From Candidatus Poribacteria bacterium (GTDB taxonomy: Bacteria > Poribacteria > WGA-4E > PCPOR2b), in NCBI GenBank assembly GCA_965198175.1, contig OZ240245.1, positions 2,208,001 to 2,272,000 on the forward strand: a stretch of 64,000 nucleotides of DNA. The letters are read 5' to 3'. The notes beneath the pieces were generated by a model, which ran no database searches, had not been told where the DNA came from, and saw only the letters and a program-made list of their open reading frames with translations. Shown here in pieces: positions 60,712-64,000 of the stretch. Position numbers and translations under genes: made by a program. Position 1 is the first letter of the stretch. Each line of letters begins with the position of its first letter.

Positions 60712-61821
60712 ATGAACGAACTCATAATCTCCGATTTCGGAACATACCTCGGCAAGCATTCCGAGCGCGTCAGCGTCCGATACCGAGACAAAGAGCGTGG
60801 GAAAGAAGAACACGCACTGATGGACCTCGACCAGATTGTCATCGCCTCGCGCGGTGTCAGTGTGTCTTCAGACCTGATTGAGGCGTGTACCGAACGCGGC
60901 ATCGAAATCTCGTTTCTCAGCTTCAACGGCGTACCGTATGCGAAACTCAACAGCCCATCCCTGACCGCAACTGTGATATCGCGGCGCGAACAACTCGCTG
61001 CCTACCACGATGAGCGCGGATTAGAAATCGGCAAACGGTTCGCTGGGGGTAAGCTGAAGAACCAAGTAAACCTCGTCCGCTATTTCGGTAAATACCGCAA
61101 GAAACAGGCGCCCAAAAAATACGCCGAACTGATCGAGCGGCTCACAAAGATTGAGGGACTCATTGATGAAATTCACCATGTTCAATCCTCAATCGCTGCG
61201 CCAGCAGGCGAACCGCCGATTGACGCCGCACGGACCACACTGCTTAACCTCGAAGGACGCGCCGGCGCCCTCTACTGGGAGTGCGTCCAGCGGTTGTTGC
61301 CTGCCGGACGCTTCACCACCCGAAACCATCAAGGCGCCGTCGACGATGTCAACGCGCTGCTCAACTACGGTTACGGGATACTCTACTCGCAGGTCTGGAG
61401 TGCGCTTTCACTCGCGGGGCTTGAGCCGTTTGCGGGATTCCTGCACGTCGATCGTCCCGGTAAACCCTCGTTAGTGTTGGACTTCATTGAGGAGTTCCGC
61501 CAAACTGTCGTGGACAGAGTTGTGTTTGCCATGATAAACAAACGATTCAACGTAGAGTGGGAAGAACCCGATAGCGGCGCTGCCAAAGCTGCGCACCAAA
61601 CCTCAAAATCCGATACGACAGCCGAATTTACGTCGCAACGCCGTCTAAGTCGGGACACGCGCCGTGCAATTGCCGATCGCGTGCTAGGGCGACTTCAAGA
61701 AACACAACGGTTCGAGCGGAAAGAGCAGAAACTGTGCAACATCATCCAACTCCAAGCCCGCCATCTGGCGATGTTCTTACGCCGCGAACGTGATTACCAG
61801 CCCTTCATCGCCGCATGGTAA
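60712..61821 (+). CDS. cas1: CRISPR-associated endonuclease Cas1
   Basis: LEGRAGALYW, NALLNYGYGIL, GFLH, SLVLDFIEEFR. Confidence 0.97.
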   Translation: MNELIISDFGTYLGKHSERVSVRYRDKERGKEEHALMDLDQIVIASRGVSVSSDLIEACTERGIEISFLSFNGVPYAKLNSPSLTATVISRREQLAAYHDERGLEIGKRFAGGKLKNQVNLVRYFGKYRKKQAPKKYAELIERLTKIEGLIDEIHHVQSSIAAPAGEPPIDAARTTLLNLEGRAGALYWECVQRLLPAGRFTTRNHQGAVDDVNALLNYGYGILYSQVWSALSLAGLEPFAGFLHVDRPGKPSLVLDFIEEFRQTVVDRVVFAMINKRFNVEWEEPDSGAAKAAHQTSKSDTTAEFTSQRRLSRDTRRAIADRVLGRLQETQRFERKEQKLCNIIQLQARHLAMFLRRERDYQPFIAAW

Positions 61822-61835
61822 CTAACCGATATTGT

Positions 61836-61866
61836 GAAACCGAGTGTTCTCCCAAGACTCGGTTTC
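61836..61866. repeat. 10-bp inverted repeat between cas1 and cas2, followed by a GTAGGAGCG REP-like stub
   Basis: gaaaccgagt...actcggtttc. Confidence 0.55.
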
Positions 61867-61940
61867 TCCATACTATGTTCACCTACGTGTGGTAGGAGCG
61901 ATTTCCGAATCGTGACAACCCGAAATTTTCAAAAATTGTG

Positions 61941-62192
61941 ATGCACACCTACGTCATCTACGACATCGTAAAAGACCGTATCCGCAAAAAGATAGCGGAC
62001 ATCTGTCTCGATTACGGCTTAAAACGCATCCAATACAGCGCGTTCCTCGGCAACATCAACACCACGCGGCGGCGCGCGTTGGAGGAAAAACTGGCAGCGC
62101 AACTCGGAAAAGCGGAAGGGAAAATCGAAGTCCTCAGCGTTTGCGCAAAAGACTTTGACAAACGAACTGTCATCGAAGAGGATGGAAAATGA
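61941..62192 (+). CDS. cas2: CRISPR-associated endoribonuclease Cas2
   Basis: YVIYDI...R...CLDYGLKRIQYSAFLG. Confidence 0.96.
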   Translation: MHTYVIYDIVKDRIRKKIADICLDYGLKRIQYSAFLGNINTTRRRALEEKLAAQLGKAEGKIEVLSVCAKDFDKRTVIEEDGK

Positions 62193-62761
62193 AACTGCGT
62201 GTAAGTGACATCAAGCAATATTTCTACTGTCAAAGGGTAGTCTACCACACCTATTTCACACCCGTCCACCGCCCCGTCACGCATCCGATGCAACTCGGCG
62301 CGATTGAACACGAGGTGCTCACCGTGTTGGAGCGGCGTCGCCTCCTCTCTCGCTATGGACTTGACGAAGGCAGCCGAACCTTTCATCTCACACTGCATGC
62401 GGAATCTCTTGGACTAACAGGCGTATTAGACCTCCTTATTGAGACGGAAGCCGAAGCATTTCCGGTCGAGTTCAAGGCCACAACCCAACGCCTCAACCTC
62501 AACGCAAAATACCAGTTGACCGCGTATGCGATGATGGTGGAGGAGTGTTTCAACAAGACAGTTTCGCAAGGATTCATTTATCGGATACCCACAAGTCGAA
62601 TCACAGCCGTACCGATTTCAGATACACTACGACGCAAAACCCTTGACGCCATACAGCACATACGCGATATACTCACACAGGAGCGAATGCCCCCGCCGAC
62701 GCCGCAGCGCGGAAAATGCGTTGAGTGTGAATTTCGCCGATACTGCGCCGATGTGTTGTGA
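62189..62761 (+). CDS. cas4: CRISPR-associated exonuclease Cas4
   Basis: YFYC, GVLD, PVEFK, QLTAYA, CxxCxFxxxC Fe-S motif. Confidence 0.96.
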   Translation: MKLRVSDIKQYFYCQRVVYHTYFTPVHRPVTHPMQLGAIEHEVLTVLERRRLLSRYGLDEGSRTFHLTLHAESLGLTGVLDLLIETEAEAFPVEFKATTQRLNLNAKYQLTAYAMMVEECFNKTVSQGFIYRIPTSRITAVPISDTLRRKTLDAIQHIRDILTQERMPPPTPQRGKCVECEFRRYCADVL

Positions 62762-63154
62762 AGGTTTCGCAAATCGGTTTTCTGCGGAAAAACGGGGTCA
62801 ATTTGCGAAAAGTCAATCGCAGCGTGAGATCCAGACCCAGCGCAGATCAGTGGATTCTTTTAGGTAGGATTGGCGCATTTGCATGGGCATTATAGCGGCA
62901 TATTAGGTCGATCTAAGCCCGATTTTCGACAGGCTGGTAATACGTTTCACACGATATACTGGCATACAGGGCAAAACTGAACATTTTCGAAAATGCGAAT
63001 AAGAACCTCCTAAATACCGACGACGACTGAACCCGTCGCACATAAACAGTTTTCCATTGACACAATAAGGAGTTTATGCCATGATAGTAGAAGTAACACA
63101 CAAACGTAGATTCCTACTACGTTTGTCCGATCTACGATTCTCTACGCGAGGTCG
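62762..63154 (+). promoter_or_regulatory. CRISPR leader with promoter
   Basis: Inverted repeat tttcgcaaat/atttgcgaaa (62765-62810); TTGACA(63057)-N17-CATGAT with extended -10 TG; hairpin at 63100-63126. Confidence 0.75.
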
Positions 63155-64000
63155 GTAACATTCCATACCGCGATGAAAAGCGGACTGAAAGAGGTAAAAA
63201 GCCAAAGCAAACGATAATCCTAGACTTGGTAACATTCCATACCGCGATGAAAAGCGGACTGAAAGGCACCCGACGCGCCTGCGCCATAGTGGATTGTGTC
63301 AAAGTAACATTCCATACCGCGATGAAAAGCGGACTGAAAGTCTTCGTCGTCGAGCGGTTCGCCACACTTGCATAGCGTAACATTCCATACCGCGATGAAA
63401 AGCGGACTGAAAGACGAAATCCTCAGCCGGTACGAGGTTGGCTTCGACAGTAACATTCCATACCGCGATGAAAAGCGGACTGAAAGATCAATTCGCTGGA
63501 TAGCCTGTGAATGGAAGGCAAAGTAACATTCCATACCGCGATGAAAAGCGGACTGAAAGTGTACTCCGCTTCGTCAATCCTCTTTTTTCGGTCAAGTGTA
63601 ACATTCCATACCGCGATGAAAAGCGGACTGAAAGTTCATGTTTTAGATACCAATCGTCAATCATAATAAGTAACATTCCATACCGCGATGAAAAGCGGAC
63701 TGAAAGTCCTTTAAAGCTTCATATATGCGTGATAAACTGTTGTAACATTCCATACCGCGATGAAAAGCGGACTGAAAGTGCTGTAACGTGGGGCTGTTTT
63801 GCTTGCCATGCGGCGTAACATTCCATACCGCGATGAAAAGCGGACTGAAAGACGCAACGTCCAAACCCTGAAAGGACAAGCCCCAATGGTAACATTCCAT
63901 ACCGCGATGAAAAGCGGACTGAAAGTCAGCCTCCAGCCCCAATCCTCAAGCGGTCTTGCAGTAACATTCCATACCGCGATGAAAAGCGGACTGAAAGACG
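63155..64000 (+). CRISPR. CRISPR array: 12 identical 37-bp repeats GTAACATTCCATACCGCGATGAAAAGCGGACTGAAAG, 11 complete spacers of 35-38 bp, continuing past the window edge
   Basis: Repeats start at 63155, 63229, 63304, 63377, 63450, 63523, 63598, 63670, 63742, 63815, 63889, 63961; CCGC/GCGG stem followed by the 8-nt handle ACTGAAAG. Confidence 0.99.

Noticed and set aside
63014..63031. Possible remnant repeat in the leader (ataccg...gactgaa)
   Set aside because: Only two short blocks match, with the wrong spacing; not distinguishable from chance
63132..63942. ORFs overlapping the CRISPR array
   Set aside because: They are translations of repeats and spacers

Overview
Bacterial chromosomal window of about 48-50% GC by eye. 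The gene repertoire (CRTAC1/ASPIC-UnbV, FGE-sulfatase, TPR and DUF6785-type membrane proteins) suggests Candidatus Poribacteria or a similar lineage; this is inference only. From left to right: a TIM-barrel isomerase and a serine hydrolase, two decayed pseudogenes, a TPR/FGE/CRTAC1 cluster and an orphan xylF. Next comes a type II secretion/pilus-like operon (gspE-F-G-H-I-J-K, a pilMN/gspL-like fusion, gspM-like, gspC-like, gspD) in which GspK and the GspM-like protein carry ComEA-type helix-hairpin-helix motifs. This is followed by a minus-strand housekeeping block (rpsA, metK, ahcY, PfkB kinase, tmk, holB, TPR) and mmsA. The right end is accessory: a stand-alone, intact terminase small/large pair preceded by phased repeats, then a type I-A-like CRISPR-Cas locus. 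That locus has cas3 with a C-terminal HD domain, cas8 with an internal SD+ATG for a probable Cas11, cas7, cas5, no cas6, a three-gene insertion including an orphan BrnA antitoxin, cas1-cas2-cas4, a leader and a 37-bp-repeat array running off the window. A degenerate CRISPR repeat sits in a structured 5' leader of cas3. All calls are by eye from motifs; no database searches were run.
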